Shown: one piece after another, positions 12,341 through 24,510 of the stretch
Position numbering within the stretch: the stretch's first letter is position 1
Layout: each line of letters starts with the position of its first letter
Assembly (NCBI GenBank): GCA_036785375.1
Contig: JAWMAR010000311.1
Location: 1-64,000, forward strand
Origin: Leucoraja ocellata
Taxonomy: Eukaryota
DNA length: 64,000 bases
Direction of reading: 5' to 3'
Translations under genes and position numbers: made by a program
Notes under the pieces: generated by a model
Told to the model about the DNA's origin: nothing
The model's database searches: none
Seen by the model: the letters and a program-made list of their open reading frames with translations, nothing else

Positions 12341-13347
12341 TAATTTTTAATAACAATTTCCTCATTAATATAAACTGGTTCACCTGGTGTTCTAGCATAC
12401 CCTTAAAAAACAGGTTATCTGACATATTACCCTATCAACATGCATGAGAGTATAATAAAATGTCTCTGTACAACATGAATGGTGGATGTGCAAAGAGAAA
12501 TATTTCCTGCTCTTCAAAGTATGTGAATACCTTTGAGGTGTTTCAGAGAATCAGAATAAAAGCAAGCCCAGAAATGTAAATGTTCCTTCTTCATACCTTC
12601 GTGTTCAAAGTAATCTGCATGTCTCAGTGAGATTCTTGTATTTGCAATGCAATCTAACCTTTCACATCTCACCAATTTTCTCTGCGTTTTAAAAATTCTG
12701 TTTTCTCTGCCCTTATGTCTGCTCTCATGCTGAGATGACTAGCTTCTGTCTGCGCCCCTCTTTTATGTAAGAGAGTATTACATTAGCTAATTTAGTGGTG
12801 TCTGTCCTTTGTGCACTTTCGGTACATTAAGTGCAAGTGAGCTTCTTTGCCTGAGCTTAATCCATTTGCAAGACCGTGTGACTTCATTGATCTTGGATAC
12901 ATAATAAATGAAGCTAGCAGGAATGCCTCATGATAATACTACTAATACTATTAAAGCATCCATTAGCCAACTCTGTAGGAATGTGAGCATAACAACTAAT
13001 GTATCAATCTAATGGCAGTACTTGAGCATTCAGAGACAGAGCAAGACGTTCGCTCCTCTGAAGAGCACCCTAAGATCGCTGTGGATGGTGAGATGTCCCA
13101 TCTCCATAGACGTTCAAGCCCCCGGTAAACTGGATCCTAGCATGTAGGAAGATGGTGAACATTATCATCCACTGGCAGCATTTGGAAGCTCGTGAGTAGC
13201 AAATATTGAACAGGAAAGTGGTGTGATTAGAAGGAAAGATGCACAAGTTCAGCTATCTTATGTGGAACCAAGGAACAAGGAACTGCGTGTGCTGGTTTAC
13301 CAAAGAAAGTCATGAAATGCAGGAGGAACTCCAGTAAGTAGTCACAG

Positions 13348-13780
13348 GGACGGCACAGTGGGCTCCATCAGTAAAGGTTGTACATTCTCCCTGTGGGTTT
13401 TCTCTGGGTGTAGGTTAATTGGCTCTGTAAATTATCCCTAGTGTGTAGGATAGGACTAGTGTATGGGTTTTCGTAGGTCGGCGTGGAGTTGGTGGGCCAA
13501 AGGACCTTTTTCCACACTAAATCTAAAACTCTTTCCACACTAAAACTCTTTCCACACTATCCTACACCTGAGGGACAATTTACAATTTTACTGAAGCCAA
13601 TTTACCAACAAATCTGTACGTCATTGGAGTGTGGGAGGAAACCGGAGCACCCGGAGAAAACCCACAATGTCACAGGGAGAATGTACAAATTCTGTACCGA
13701 CAGCACCCATAGTCAGAATCAAACCTAGGTCTCTGGCACTGTGAGACAACAATTCTACCACTGCGTCACTGTGCCACCCG
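13348..13780. mobile_element. Two HE1/V-type SINEs tail-to-tail (+ 13348-13525, - 13550-13780)
   Basis: Plus-strand head ggcacagtgg, then a minus-strand copy ending ctgtgccaccc. Confidence 0.8.
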
Positions 13781-13850
13781 TAGCCCTATACATATTTATC
13801 AAGTAATTATCCAATTCTCCATTGAATATAAATCTGCTTTGATTTTTCAG

Positions 13851-13932
13851 GAAGACCATTGGAGAATACAGCCTTCCAGTTCACTGCACAATGTTCAGCC
13901 TGGATTTAATTGGCTACTGCCTGAGGTTCTGA
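13851..13932 (+). other. Candidate terminal coding exon (speculative), phase-compatible with 3140-3233
   Basis: Acceptor tctgctttgatttttcag|G; joined reading W-KTIGEYSLPVHCTMFSLDLIGYCLRF*. Confidence 0.2.
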
Positions 13933-14216
13933 ACAGTACTGGCAATGTTTGGACATTTCAAAATCCAGAAGTTTGGGACCTCCTGTCAAGCATGAAAATC
14001 TGGACCTGCTGACAGAATTGGGGCACCAAAAGCTTGAAGATAAACTCCTAGAATTGTACCACATCAGAAGCTGAATCCAAGTTGATTTCAATGAAGATTT
14101 GAACTCAAAATGGAAGATATGTTTTTGAGTATTGGATTACTTTTATTAGGGTTAATTTTTTTTTCAGTATTCGTATGATTGTGGTTTGCTTTTCATAAGT
14201 TCTAGTAGCAGAATTA

Positions 14217-14974
14217 TGGGCCTGTCCCACTTAGGTGACTTTTTAGGCGACTGCAGGAGACGATGCAGTCGCCACATGTTCGCGGGTAGTTGCCAGGGAG
14301 TCGCCTTCATGGTCGTGAGGAGTTCCCGCATTCTGGGAACTAGTCGCAGCCTCATTATGGCTGTCGCAAATTTTTCAACATGTTAAAAAAACTAGCAGCG
14401 ACTAGAAAGAAGCCGCCATGGAGAGTAGCGAGAATTCTCGTGCTGTAGGTGGGTCGCCAGGAGGTCCTAGTGGGTTGCCAGGAGGTCGGAGGTTCTCGTA
14501 TGTTGTAGCCGGTGCTGACCGGTGAATTTTATTGGCTCATTGCGAAAAAAAAGGTAAGCAGTAGTTTTCAGAACCAAGGATAACTGACCTGTAAGGTTAA
14601 ATGTCCGATGAGCGTCAAAGCTTCAAAGTAACTCTGGCTTCTTAAAAGTTGTCTACACTCCATCTCCACTCCTTCTCCCTCTCCTAAAAGACTTACTGTA
14701 CACTGTGCTTGCCATAATTACAGCACCAACCTTCATGTTCATCGTGGTCTGTGTCTGTATCACCTTGGCTTTGCACCGTGTGAATTTTTTAGACATTGCT
14801 CCCCCTGCTTGCCCTGTCCTCCGCCTGCATAACGGGCTGGTGAAGGAAGCGATGCGTTTGTGTGTGTGTGTGTATATGTTCCACTCTGACAGTCGCCGTT
14901 CCAGTTGCCAGTTTTTCAGGTGACTGCCGGCCACTTGACAGTCCGCCGAAAATCACCTAAGTGGGACAGGCCCA
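14217..14974. mobile_element. Non-autonomous PIF/Harbinger-type DNA transposon (758 bp)
   Basis: 22-bp perfect TIR tgggcctgtcccacttaggtga; TTA duplicated at 14214-14216 and 14975-14977; removing it restores the CR1 tail agcagaattaggccatttggccc. Confidence 0.9.
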
Positions 14975-15144
14975 TTAGGCCATTTGGCCCGTCAGGTCTA
15001 CTCCACCATTCAATCATGACTTATCTACATTTTCTCCTGCCCATACTCCTGCCTGCTCCCCATAACCTCAGACATCCTTACTAATCACCCTTACTGATTA
15101 ATCTTTAAAATTAAAATATATTTTAGATGTCTGTGAATGTTTTT

Positions 15145-15370
15145 AGACTTTAGAGATACAGTTTGGAAACAGGCCTTTTGGCCCAGAGTCCATGCTGACC
15201 CTACGATCAGTCTATACACTAACACTATCCTATACACTAGGGACAATTTACCAAATTTTAGAATTTACTGAAGCCAATTAACTTACAAGCCTGTTTTGTC
15301 TTTGGAGTGTGGGAGGAAACCGGAGCACGTGGAGAAAATCCACGTGGTCACAGGGAGAACGTACAAACAC
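15145..15370 (-). mobile_element. HE1/V-type SINE (5'-truncated)
   Basis: Core tttggagtgtgggaggaaaccggagcac plus tail. Confidence 0.8.
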
Positions 15371-16169
15371 CATGCAGACAGTACACCGCACACATGAGAA
15401 GGAGACCTGCAAGTGTTGAAGGGCAATTACTTGGGTCTGGAAGGACAAAAACCCTGAAAATAAAGCAGTCAGGAAATACTTTGTACCTGACAAAAAAGTT
15501 CCTGGTGCCGTCTCTATCAATGTTACGTCATTCATATTTACAGGCAATCTTCCTCTCATGACACTCATAGACTCTATCTATAACCCACTCCCTTGCACAT
15601 GTATTCAAATGCTTCCCCCTCTTCCTCTTGCCCTGCCTGTCTTCCAGCTCTCTCAAAAATAGTTTTGTTAATAATCGGCTAATATTATTTCAAAAAATAC
15701 TGAAACATGCTAGTTCTACATCAAGAAGATTAATCGAGGTCTAGTCTACAAGCATCAAGTAACCAAGCTTGCTGTTGGTCATAAAAAATATCAAAAAGCT
15801 GCTTCAGATAAAAGTGGCAAGATTCATGGCTGTGCATTGACCTCAATTGAAATAAAATTCATGGGAGATGTAATTTATGTCCGTTTTACACTATGGTGCA
15901 AAGTTAAAATTATCCTCATTGATTAATAACTCTGGGTCAAGCTAGCAATACTAAGCCTGACTTCTGAAGGAGGTTATGGCACTCTAATGAGAAAAATAAT
16001 TGATTTACTGATCAACAAAGGGAAAATACAACAACCTAATTGTGCCGTCTGCAAATAAGATTGTTTTATTGAGCAATTAGCAAACTGCTGGAGGAACTCA
16101 GGCAGCATCTACGAAGGGAAATGGACATTTGACATTTTGGGTCAAGACATATGATCTCCACTTGGACCT

Positions 16170-16390
16170 GTAAAGAGTGGTGAACACAGCCCTGTCCATC
16201 ACAGACTCATCACTTCATACCATCCAACCCATCTTCACGGAGCTTTGCATCAAGATGGCTGGAAGTGTCACCAACCAAGCCTACCACCCTGGTCCTTCCA
16301 TTTCCCCTCTTCTACCTTCTGGGAGCATGTACAAGAGCTTGAAAGCCAGATGACCAGATGGAAGAACAGCTTCTTCCCCACTATCAGACT
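16170..16390 (+). mobile_element. Old Rex1/Babar-like fragment
   Basis: RVVNTALSITDS...HPGPS..LLPSGSMYKSLKAR..RWKNSFFP-like degenerate translation. Confidence 0.6.
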
Positions 16391-16399
16391 TGGTTTAAT

Positions 16400-17690
16400 T
16401 TAAAGTTTAGCTTAGAGATACAAGGCAGAAACAGGCCCTTCGGCCCACCGAGTCCAAGCCGAGCAGCAACCCCCATGCACTAGCACTATCCTACACACTA
16501 GGGACAATTTTACAATATTACCTACAAATATTACAATTAACCTACAAACCTGGATGTCTTTGGAGTGTGCGAGGAAACTGGAGCACGAGGAGAAAATCAC
16601 CACGGTCACTGGGAGAACGTACTCGGAGGAGGAGGAGCCATCTTGGGGAACGGCTGCTAACAGTCCGTTTAATTCGCTTTTTTTAAATAGTTTTTAGTTA
16701 ATCCTGTGTCTCGTCCGTTTGGAGAAATGGACTTTCTAATGTGGGGGGTAGGTGGCAATTTTATTTCTAGGTCCCTACCTGGACGGTGTGGCAGCTTTTT
16801 CTCCGGGCTGCCCGTCGACCCGTCCTCGCAGCCTACCAGCGGGCCTGGAGCACCGTTTCCTGGCGGGGACCGCCCAGCACCTCGGCCTCGGTGGCGGCAC
16901 AGCGCTGGAGCGCTATCGTGGAGCGGAGCGGGCGATGCCTTGTCTAGGTCACCGCGCTGGATCGACGCGCTGGAGCTCCGGTGAGCTGAGACCGCCGAGT
17001 TCAATCACCTCCGGGCTGCAGGTCTGCGGAGCGGTGCGGGCGGCGCTGATTTCAACATCGGGAGCCTGGGAGCTCCAAACCGGCGCGGCCTTGTCGGCTT
17101 CGGAAGCCGCGGTCCCAGCTAGGAAGCGGCCGTTCCGGGTGGCCCAGCCGCTGAGAGGACTCTCCCAACGCCGGGGCAAGACCACCCGGTGAGAACGACC
17201 AGGAACATCGGGCCTCCGTAGAGGCAACTGTGGTGGCCTCAATAGGCCTGACTTTGGGTGAACTTGGGGTTGGGGACTGGACATTGTGCCCTCCCCCACA
17301 GTGGTATCCATTGTGGGGGGATGATTTTTTGTCTGTACGTAATCCTGTTAGTCTTTGTCCAAGATGGCTGCCGTGAAGAGAGAGTGGACGCTGGCGCGCT
17401 TTAGCTGCCGCTGCTCTCTCTTCACATTGTGTTTTGATTTTTTTGTTTTTGGACTGAATTCTGTTTTTAATTTGTGTTTCTGTGATGTCTTTATTATTTA
17501 TTTTATTCTGATTATATGTTTTTTATTCCTGTTAATCTCTGTGAGGTGTCCTTGAGATGTCTGAAAGGCGCCCAAAAATAAAATGTATTATTATTATTAC
17601 ATACTCCATACAGACAGCACCCATACTCATGATCAAACCCGGGTCTCTGGCGTATGAGGCAGTAACTCTACCGCTGCACCACTGTGCCAT
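16400..17690 (-). mobile_element. HE1/V-type SINE split by a ~1 kb insertion
   Basis: gggagaacgtac (ends 16622) resumes as atactccatacagacagcaccc at 17601. Confidence 0.85.
16623..17600 (+). mobile_element. Unclassified GC/CpG-rich non-coding retroposon with an L2-like 3' tail
   Basis: Clean insertion in a SINE; ends ggtgtccttgagatgtctgaaaggcgccc-aaaaataaaatg-(tat)n; no RT-like ORF. Confidence 0.75.
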
Positions 17691-18065
17691 CTCTTTCACA
17701 CCCTCTTTACGGAGGTGTTGCCTGCACTCTTACTCTGAACTCTATCTCATTTGGTTATTCTATGAATGCACTTTAGTACAATTTTGCACTTCAGATGGCT
17801 CTTCAGTCTTGCACCAATCTGCTGCATTCGACTCTTTTTTATTTATTGTGTACTTATCAATACTGTAATATATATTGTTTATTCCATGAGGTTCATGTGA
17901 ACAAGGAATTGCTTTCTACCCTGGTAATATAATAATAACTTAATCTGAATCCGAGTCTGATTATCAACAGTTACTAAATCAAATCATCGTAAAAATCTTT
18001 ATATTTCAGCCAATTAAAAAAGGGATTTGAACTAAATTGTAATAAAATTAATACAAACTTACAGA

Positions 18066-18800
18066 GCGGCACAGTGGTAGCATTGCTGCCTAATAGCACC
18101 AGAGACCCGGTTCGATCCTGACTACAGATGCTGTCTGTACGGAGTTTGTATGTTCTCCCTGTGACCGCGTGGGTTTTCTCCGGGTGCTCCGGTTTACTCC
18201 CACACTCCAAAGACATCAAAGTTTGTAGGTTGATTGACCAGTAAAAATTGTAAATTTTCCCTAATGTAGGATAGTGCTAGAACATGGGGATGATAAGTTC
18301 ATGTCACAGAAGTGGAAGTAGACATTTTGGCCATCTAGTCTACTCCGCCATCCAATCATGGCTGATCAATCTTTCCCTCTCAATCCCATTCTCCTGCCTT
18401 CTCCCCATAACCTTTGACACCCTTACTAATCACTGTCAATTTCTGCTTTAAAAAAATCTTTGCTTTAAAAATACCCATTGATTTAGCCTCCACAGCCAAC
18501 TGTGCAATGAATTCTACAGAATCACCACGCTAAAGAAATTCTTCCTATTCTCATTTTCTAAAGGCACGTCCTTTTATTCTGAGGCTGTGGCCTCCGGTAC
18601 TAGACTCCCCCACAAGTTGAAACATCCTCTCCACATCCATTCTATCCAAGCCTTTCATTAGTCTGTAAGTTTAAATGAGGGATCCCCCTCATCCTTCTAA
18701 ACTCCAGCAGGTGCAGACTGATCGTATGATCACTAGTCGGCGTAGACTGTGGGCCAAAGGGCCCATTTCCACGCTGTGTCTCTAAAAGTCTAAAGTCTAA
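18066..18800 (+). mobile_element. HE1/V-type SINE interrupted by a minus-strand CR1 3' fragment (~18293-18710)
   Basis: SINE body 18066-18290 resumes at ~18720 with the gggccaaagggcccatttcc tail. Confidence 0.8.
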
Positions 18801-19124
18801 ATCTATGGGGAGGTGGGTAAGCATTTGCATCAGGTTCCCAGCACAATAGTTTTGTCAGTAACACATCTATAATGTTGTAACAACCACTCTTAGCACTAAT
18901 TCCATTAGCTTCTTATTCCTGGAAATGCATACTGCACACTATGCAAGAACTGATCCACAAACACAAAATACATATTCAAAAACAATGTATGTGCATTGAT
19001 TACCATAGAGTTATGCCTTCATAAATAACCTGCATTACAGAATGCAGCTTTGTGATCTGGAAACTGGTACCCAGGAACACTTGCATAACACATTGGTCTG
19101 GAGTAGAATAACCTGTTATCTTTT

Positions 19125-19660
19125 CATAAGTTCATAAGTTACAGGAGCAGAGTTAGGCCATTTGGCCCATTGTGTCTACTCTGCCATTCAATCATGGCTG
19201 ATCTATCTTACCCTCTCAACCCCTTTCTCCTGCCTTCTCCCCATAACCTTTGACAACCTTACTTATCAAGAACCTGTCAATCTCTGCTTTAAAAATACCC
19301 AATGACTTGGCCTCCACAGCCGTCTGTGGCAATGAGTTCCAGAGTCACTACCCTCTGCCTAAAGAAATTCCTCCTCACCTTCTTTCTAAAGGCACGTCCT
19401 TTTATTCTGAGGCAGTGCCCTCTGGGTCCTAGAGTCTCGAGTGGAAACATCTTCTCCACATCTATTCTACCTAGACCTTTCACTATTTGGTAAGTTTCAA
19501 CAAAGAGGCCCTTCATCCTTCTAAACTCCAGCTAATACAGACCCAGTGCCCTGGGATCATTCAGCTAAACCTTCTCTGGACCCTCTCTAAATGCTAGCAC
19601 ATCCCTCCTCAGATATGGGGCGCAAAACTGCTCACAATACTCCAAAAGCAGTCTAACCAC
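19125..19660 (-). mobile_element. CR1 LINE 3' fragment
   Basis: ETYQIVKGLGRIDVEKMFPL..RGHCLRIKGRAFRK on the minus strand. Confidence 0.9.
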
Positions 19661-19683
19661 AGTCCCAAGACACAATATTTTCT

Positions 19684-20530
19684 GTGTCGAAAGGAACTGC
19701 AGATACTGGTTTATACCAAAGATAGACACAAAGAGCTGGAGTAACTCACCAGGTCAGGCAGCATCTCTGGAGTAAAAGGATGGGTGATATTTCAGGTCAG
19801 AACCCTTCTTCCGACTGAAAATAGAGGGGAGGGATCTTGGATTAGGAAAAGGCCAGAACAAATCGGGGCCAGCAACAGAAGGAAGGGTGGAGCCCATATT
19901 GGCCCATTGTTGGCTGGGGAAGAGGTGATAACGAAGAGATACAAGGATGCGAACAGTGGAACTAGTGGGACAACTTGGGTGGCAGAGGGGTGGGTGGGAG
20001 TAAATGCAGAGGTTCCTAGAAATTAGAAAAATCAGTGTTCAGACCGTAGGGTTTTAAGCTGCGCAAGCTAAATATGAGGTGTTGTTGCTCCAATGGATTC
20101 TACTACATTTTAATAGGTGTGCATTAGGCAGTTAGATATCAGTGTAGGAAGGAACTGCAGATGCTGGTTTACACTGAAGATAGACACAAAATACTGGAGT
20201 AACTCAGTCGGTCAGGCAGCATCTCTGGAGAAAAGGAATAGGTGACATTTCGGGTCGAGACCCTTTTTTGGACAGAGAGTCAGGGGAGAGGCAAACTAGA
20301 GCTATGAAAAGGTACAAATAACAAATAAATGAAAGAACGAATCAAAGGCAGCAACGATGATCAAGGAAAGGTGGAGCCCACATTGTTGGCTGTGGACAAG
20401 GTGATGACTGGATACAAACTGAAACTAAGCAGGGCAGCTCGTAGGATTAGAAGGGTGGGGAGGGATGGAGGGAGAGAGATATAGATAATTGAAATGAGAT
20501 AAATCAATACTCATACCACTGGGTTGTAAC
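19684..20530 (-). mobile_element. Two consecutive Penelope-like 3' fragments (19684-20093, 20142-20530)
   Basis: Each starts with ggaactgcagat(a/g)ctggttta...gatagacacaaa, carries a degenerate hammerhead and ends in the ORF C-terminal remnant. Confidence 0.8.
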
Positions 20531-21049
20531 TAAGCAAGTCTTCCTGCAGGAAGAATGCAAACTAAAGTGATCAGCACTTCTTACCTCCGTGACGCAGCGA
20601 TTTCAGTCAGCGACTGCAAAACCACAGTCATGCTCTTGAGGGCGACAGAGACCTTGTTTTATCTCCACAATTACCCAGCTCGCCGTGAAACCTTTAACCC
20701 ACCTGCTCACCTCGACACATCGATACCTGGCCGCCCGCATTTGTTAACAATGCGGGACTAAAACAAAACTGCAACAATGGCAAAATAACGTCGAGAACAT
20801 TTGTCACCATTGCCTTGCGACAGTATTTCAGAAATTCACAGTCGGGAGCACAATTTCTACATAGTTAGTTAGGGAATCTGATAATGTTGTTATTTCTCAC
20901 CAATATAGACTAAAAAAAATCAGAAAGTACACTCGTTTTGAAAAAAAATCTGATTTAAATTATGGAGCGATATCAGAATTGATCACACTCAGTTCTACGT
21001 GCTGGTAAATGACTTCTGGGCGAAGTGATCTGCTAGTTTTATTAGGACA

Positions 21050-22450
21050 GGGATTATAGTTTCACGGGTTTACTAGAGAGTTCCCGCGGGACCGTGAGAC
21101 TGAATTACGAACCCCACCCCCGTGACATCCGTGGGAGAATTGAGGCGGGGTGTAAAGAGGGCTGGGGAAAGGCGAGTGACACACTCCAGGGCCCCGGTGA
21201 ACCAGGAAGGTGTCGCTCAATTAATTGATCCACGGTGGATAAGAAACGGAGAGGTGTGACGGCAGAGAGATTTGCCACAGTACGTTTACTGACCAACCTA
21301 CACACACATACATACAGGCGGCAGAGAAATTGGCCACGCTACTTGTCGCCACCGTATCACAGTTGACAGAAGACCTGCACTTCGCTGTGACGGGACAATT
21401 GGAAATTGATGGGCGAGAGGAAGGGGGCGACGTGATATTTCGCGCCAGCTGTCCTACCATAAAACAAACAAACAATCAAAAAAAAAAATCCAGATCTACA
21501 TGGATACAGATTTCCAGGAGGTGAATCGATCTGTTCAATCGGCTTTCCCAAGAGAGAGCGGAGGGGAACTACAGCGAGCAAGCAAACACACCAGAGATGG
21601 ACTGAGATAGGTAATAGCTCCGAGAGCGAGGTGCCTGCATTCGCACCCCTTGCTGAAATCTCAGTGAGAACTGACTGCTGGGGGTAACTGGTTGGGGGGT
21701 ATACTGACCAGGGGGTGTGAATGTGTTCTCGTTCCTCCTCGGTTTGTGTGCAGAAGCATTGGAGGAGAGGATTAGAGAGAGGAGAGAGAGAGAGTAAAAG
21801 GGAGAGAGAGTAAGAGGGAGGGAGGGAGAGAGGCAGGAGTGTAGCAAACAGGCAGCGTTTGGGGTGAGCCGCTGTTTGCAAACGCTTTGCACTTTGGTAC
21901 TAATATTGAGGCGGAAGAAATGTCCCCTATTCTTCCTTTCCAGAATGCAGCGAGAGACTGAGGCTTCTTTAACGTAAAGGTGGATTATAGGTAACTCTCA
22001 GGCGAGGAGGGACTGAAGGTAGGAATATAATGATGTTGCATTGAGAAGAGAGTGTCGAGCTATTTTTTTTTCTTAACTGCATTTCAGCCGGTCGTTAGGA
22101 AAGCACGGATAGTTTCCTGTAATCTAACAATAGTCTTCAAATTGATTAAAACAACAGTCCGAGACATTGAGATCGCACCATAGGTAAACCGCTTGGAAAG
22201 AACGAACGGTTAAAAAAAGGCAGGATTGGAGGTGGCTTTGCATAGTCTTGGGGAGGAATTCGCAGCTCGCCGCCTTTGAAGGTTCCCCTTAATAACTGGG
22301 AAATGTATCTTGCGATTCCCATTTTTTTTCAGCGGGATTTATCTCGGTTTTCTTTTACTGTCCGGGTTCATTGGGAACCATGTGGCAAACTAATTGATCG
22401 GAGCTCACAGCCAATGTCTCGTAGTGAGGTTTCATAGATGTTAGTGCTCT
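21050..22450 (+). promoter_or_regulatory. CpG-rich promoter / non-coding first-exon region of an unidentified gene
   Basis: Repeat-free and CpG-rich, with a GA tract at 21772-21835, candidate donors TAG|GTAACT (21990) and AAG|GTAGGA (22018), and only short uORF-like frames; strand inferred from splice signals. Confidence 0.6.
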
Positions 22451-22515
22451 GGCGCACGGCTAGAAGATGATGAACAAGACAAGCTTGCGAAATTGTTGGC
22501 CAGACACTGGTTTTG

Positions 22516-22712
22516 TTTAGGAAGGAACTGCAGATGCTGGTTTAAGCCGAAGATAGACACAAAATGCTGGAGTAACTCCGCGAGACAGGCAGCATGTCTG
22601 GAGAGAAGGAAGGGGCAACTTTTCGGGTCTGAAGAAGGGTCTCGATCCGAAAAGCCACCCATTCCTTCTCACCAGAGATGCCGCTGAGTTACTCCAGCAT
22701 TGTGTGTCTATC
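22516..22712. mobile_element. Fold-back (inverted) Penelope terminal-repeat unit with central hammerhead-like core
   Basis: Minus-strand repeat 22516-22627 abuts a plus-strand copy starting ctgaagaagggtctcgatccgaaa at 22629. Confidence 0.85.
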
Positions 22713-23294
22713 TCTGACTGGTTTGGTTTGGTGTCAGTGGAAAAAGTGAAGAAGTGTGCATTTTGTGACTGGTGTACGTGTGCAAGAGAGAGAGATGGGG
22801 GGGGGGGGGGGTCTCTGGTGGGGTTTATATATGTGTGTGTGTGAGAGGGAGAGAGCGCGAATGGATTTGGATGCCTGTCCTGTGACAATATGCGAGCGTT
22901 TCAGTATCAGATGTACCTCTGTGCGTGGCTGTGCATGTGTGTTACAATACGTGGATGCATTTGGTGTGTGTATCTAGAAATGTATTTATAAAATACATTT
23001 GGACAGGTACGTTGACAGGAAAGGTTTAGAGGGATATGGGCCAAACGCGGGCAGGTGTGACTAGTGTTGATGGGGCCGCTTGGTCGGCATAGGCAAGTTG
23101 GGCCGAAGGGCCTGTTTCCGTGCTTTATGATTCTATGACCATATGTAGGAGTGCCCTTGTGTGTATTACCAAGAACGCGTGGCCGGTTTGTATGGTGTTC
23201 TGATTGCAGAGTAGTTGGGGTTTGTGTCAATCGATGTGCTTGAGTGTTAGACTGTATATGTTATAAAGTGTGTACAGGGCGTGTAAAGCAATCA

Positions 23295-23395
23295 GTTGTG
23301 TGTGTGTGTGTACGTGTGTGTGTGAGAGAGAGGGTTTGCAAGAGAGAATTTGCATGTTTGACAGTGTGTGTGTGTGTGAGAGGGAGAGAGCGAGG
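23295..23395. repeat. (TG)n/(AG)n compound microsatellite
   Basis: Direct reading. Confidence 0.95.
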
Positions 23396-23954
23396 CAGAG
23401 AAAGGATGGAGGGGGTGCTGCAAGACTGCATGTTTGGCAGTGTATAAATCCGTGTGTAGATGTGCGAGCGAGTAGATGCACACGGAAGACATTAACTTAA
23501 AATGCACATTTGCACCAACGCGCCGCGGCGGTTGGAGTCAGAAGGGCGAACAGTTGTGAATCAAGGCTTCAGATTACAGCTCTCGGGCACTTTGCAGGAT
23601 TCATTCAGAAGCAGCAACAATCACCTCAAGACCACGGGCGCTTCAGCGTATGGGAGAGGTAGATAATTGGGGGAAATATGATGCAAAAGGCTAACAAGTA
23701 ATAATCCTTTGCTACAGCCCGTCGCACAGAACGGGTCCGTTTCAACACATTCCTCCTCAAAACCGTCTTATCTTCATTCACGCTGTTGCTTGCTTCATAG
23801 AGAAAAAAGTCCATTTGACCTGTAATTCGAGCAGCGACTCGTGGAAGGGGTTACTTAGTTAAACTGCTCTCCGTCTCCTGATTCATTTAGCCCCGAAGTC
23901 AACGCTTTGTTTCCAGCCTAATACCAGGCTACATGCTCGATTCAAACTGGCGCC

Positions 23955-24016
23955 TCACACGCACACAGACCCACGCACACACACTCACGCACACACACTC
24001 ACGCACACACACTCAC
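23955..24016. repeat. Imperfect (CA)n microsatellite
   Basis: Direct reading. Confidence 0.9.
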
Positions 24017-24244
24017 CCGCCTCAAACCTCTAGCAGGAGGGGTTTGAAGGTTTTTGTTTTTCTTAAGAGATCAGGACCAAGGAAGTCCAAAGACCCAATT
24101 CCTACCCACGGTGAATGTTTCAGAGATTGCCATGATGAGACCTTTCTGATTTACAGTGCTCTTCATTTGTAATTCCACGGACGGCTCTCACCCTATTCAA
24201 TGTTGTCCCCGTTTTGCCACTCATTCAGCGGGATCCAGCAGCAA

Positions 24245-24510
24245 CCCCTCTCTCTCTCTCCTCCTCTCTCCCCGTCCTCCTCTCCCTCTTCTCTATCCCT
24301 TTCTCTTCTCTATCCCTCTCTTCTCTATCCCTCTCTTCTCTATCCATCTCTTCTCTATCCCTCTCTTCTCTATCCCTCTCTTCTCTATCCCTCCCTTCCC
24401 CCCTCCCTTCCCCCCTCCCTTCCCCCCTCTCTTCTCCCCCTCTCCCTTCGTTCTCCGTCTCACCCCCTCTGCTTCTCTCTGCCCCTCTCCCCCTTCCCTT
24501 CCCTCTCCCC
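24245..24510. repeat. Polypyrimidine tract with a 15-bp (ctctcttctctatcc) and a 12-bp (ccctcccttccc) minisatellite
   Basis: About 7 tandem 15-mers at ~24283-24393; explains the SLLYP/REERD pseudo-ORFs. Confidence 0.95.

Noticed and set aside
16669-17311. Overlapping 92-146 aa ORFs on both strands
   Set aside because: A by-product of high GC in the inserted element; no domain motifs.
21357-21892. 174-aa and 107-aa minus-strand ORFs in the promoter region
   Set aside because: Low-complexity L/S/P runs from the GA tract; splice signals favour plus-strand non-coding exons.
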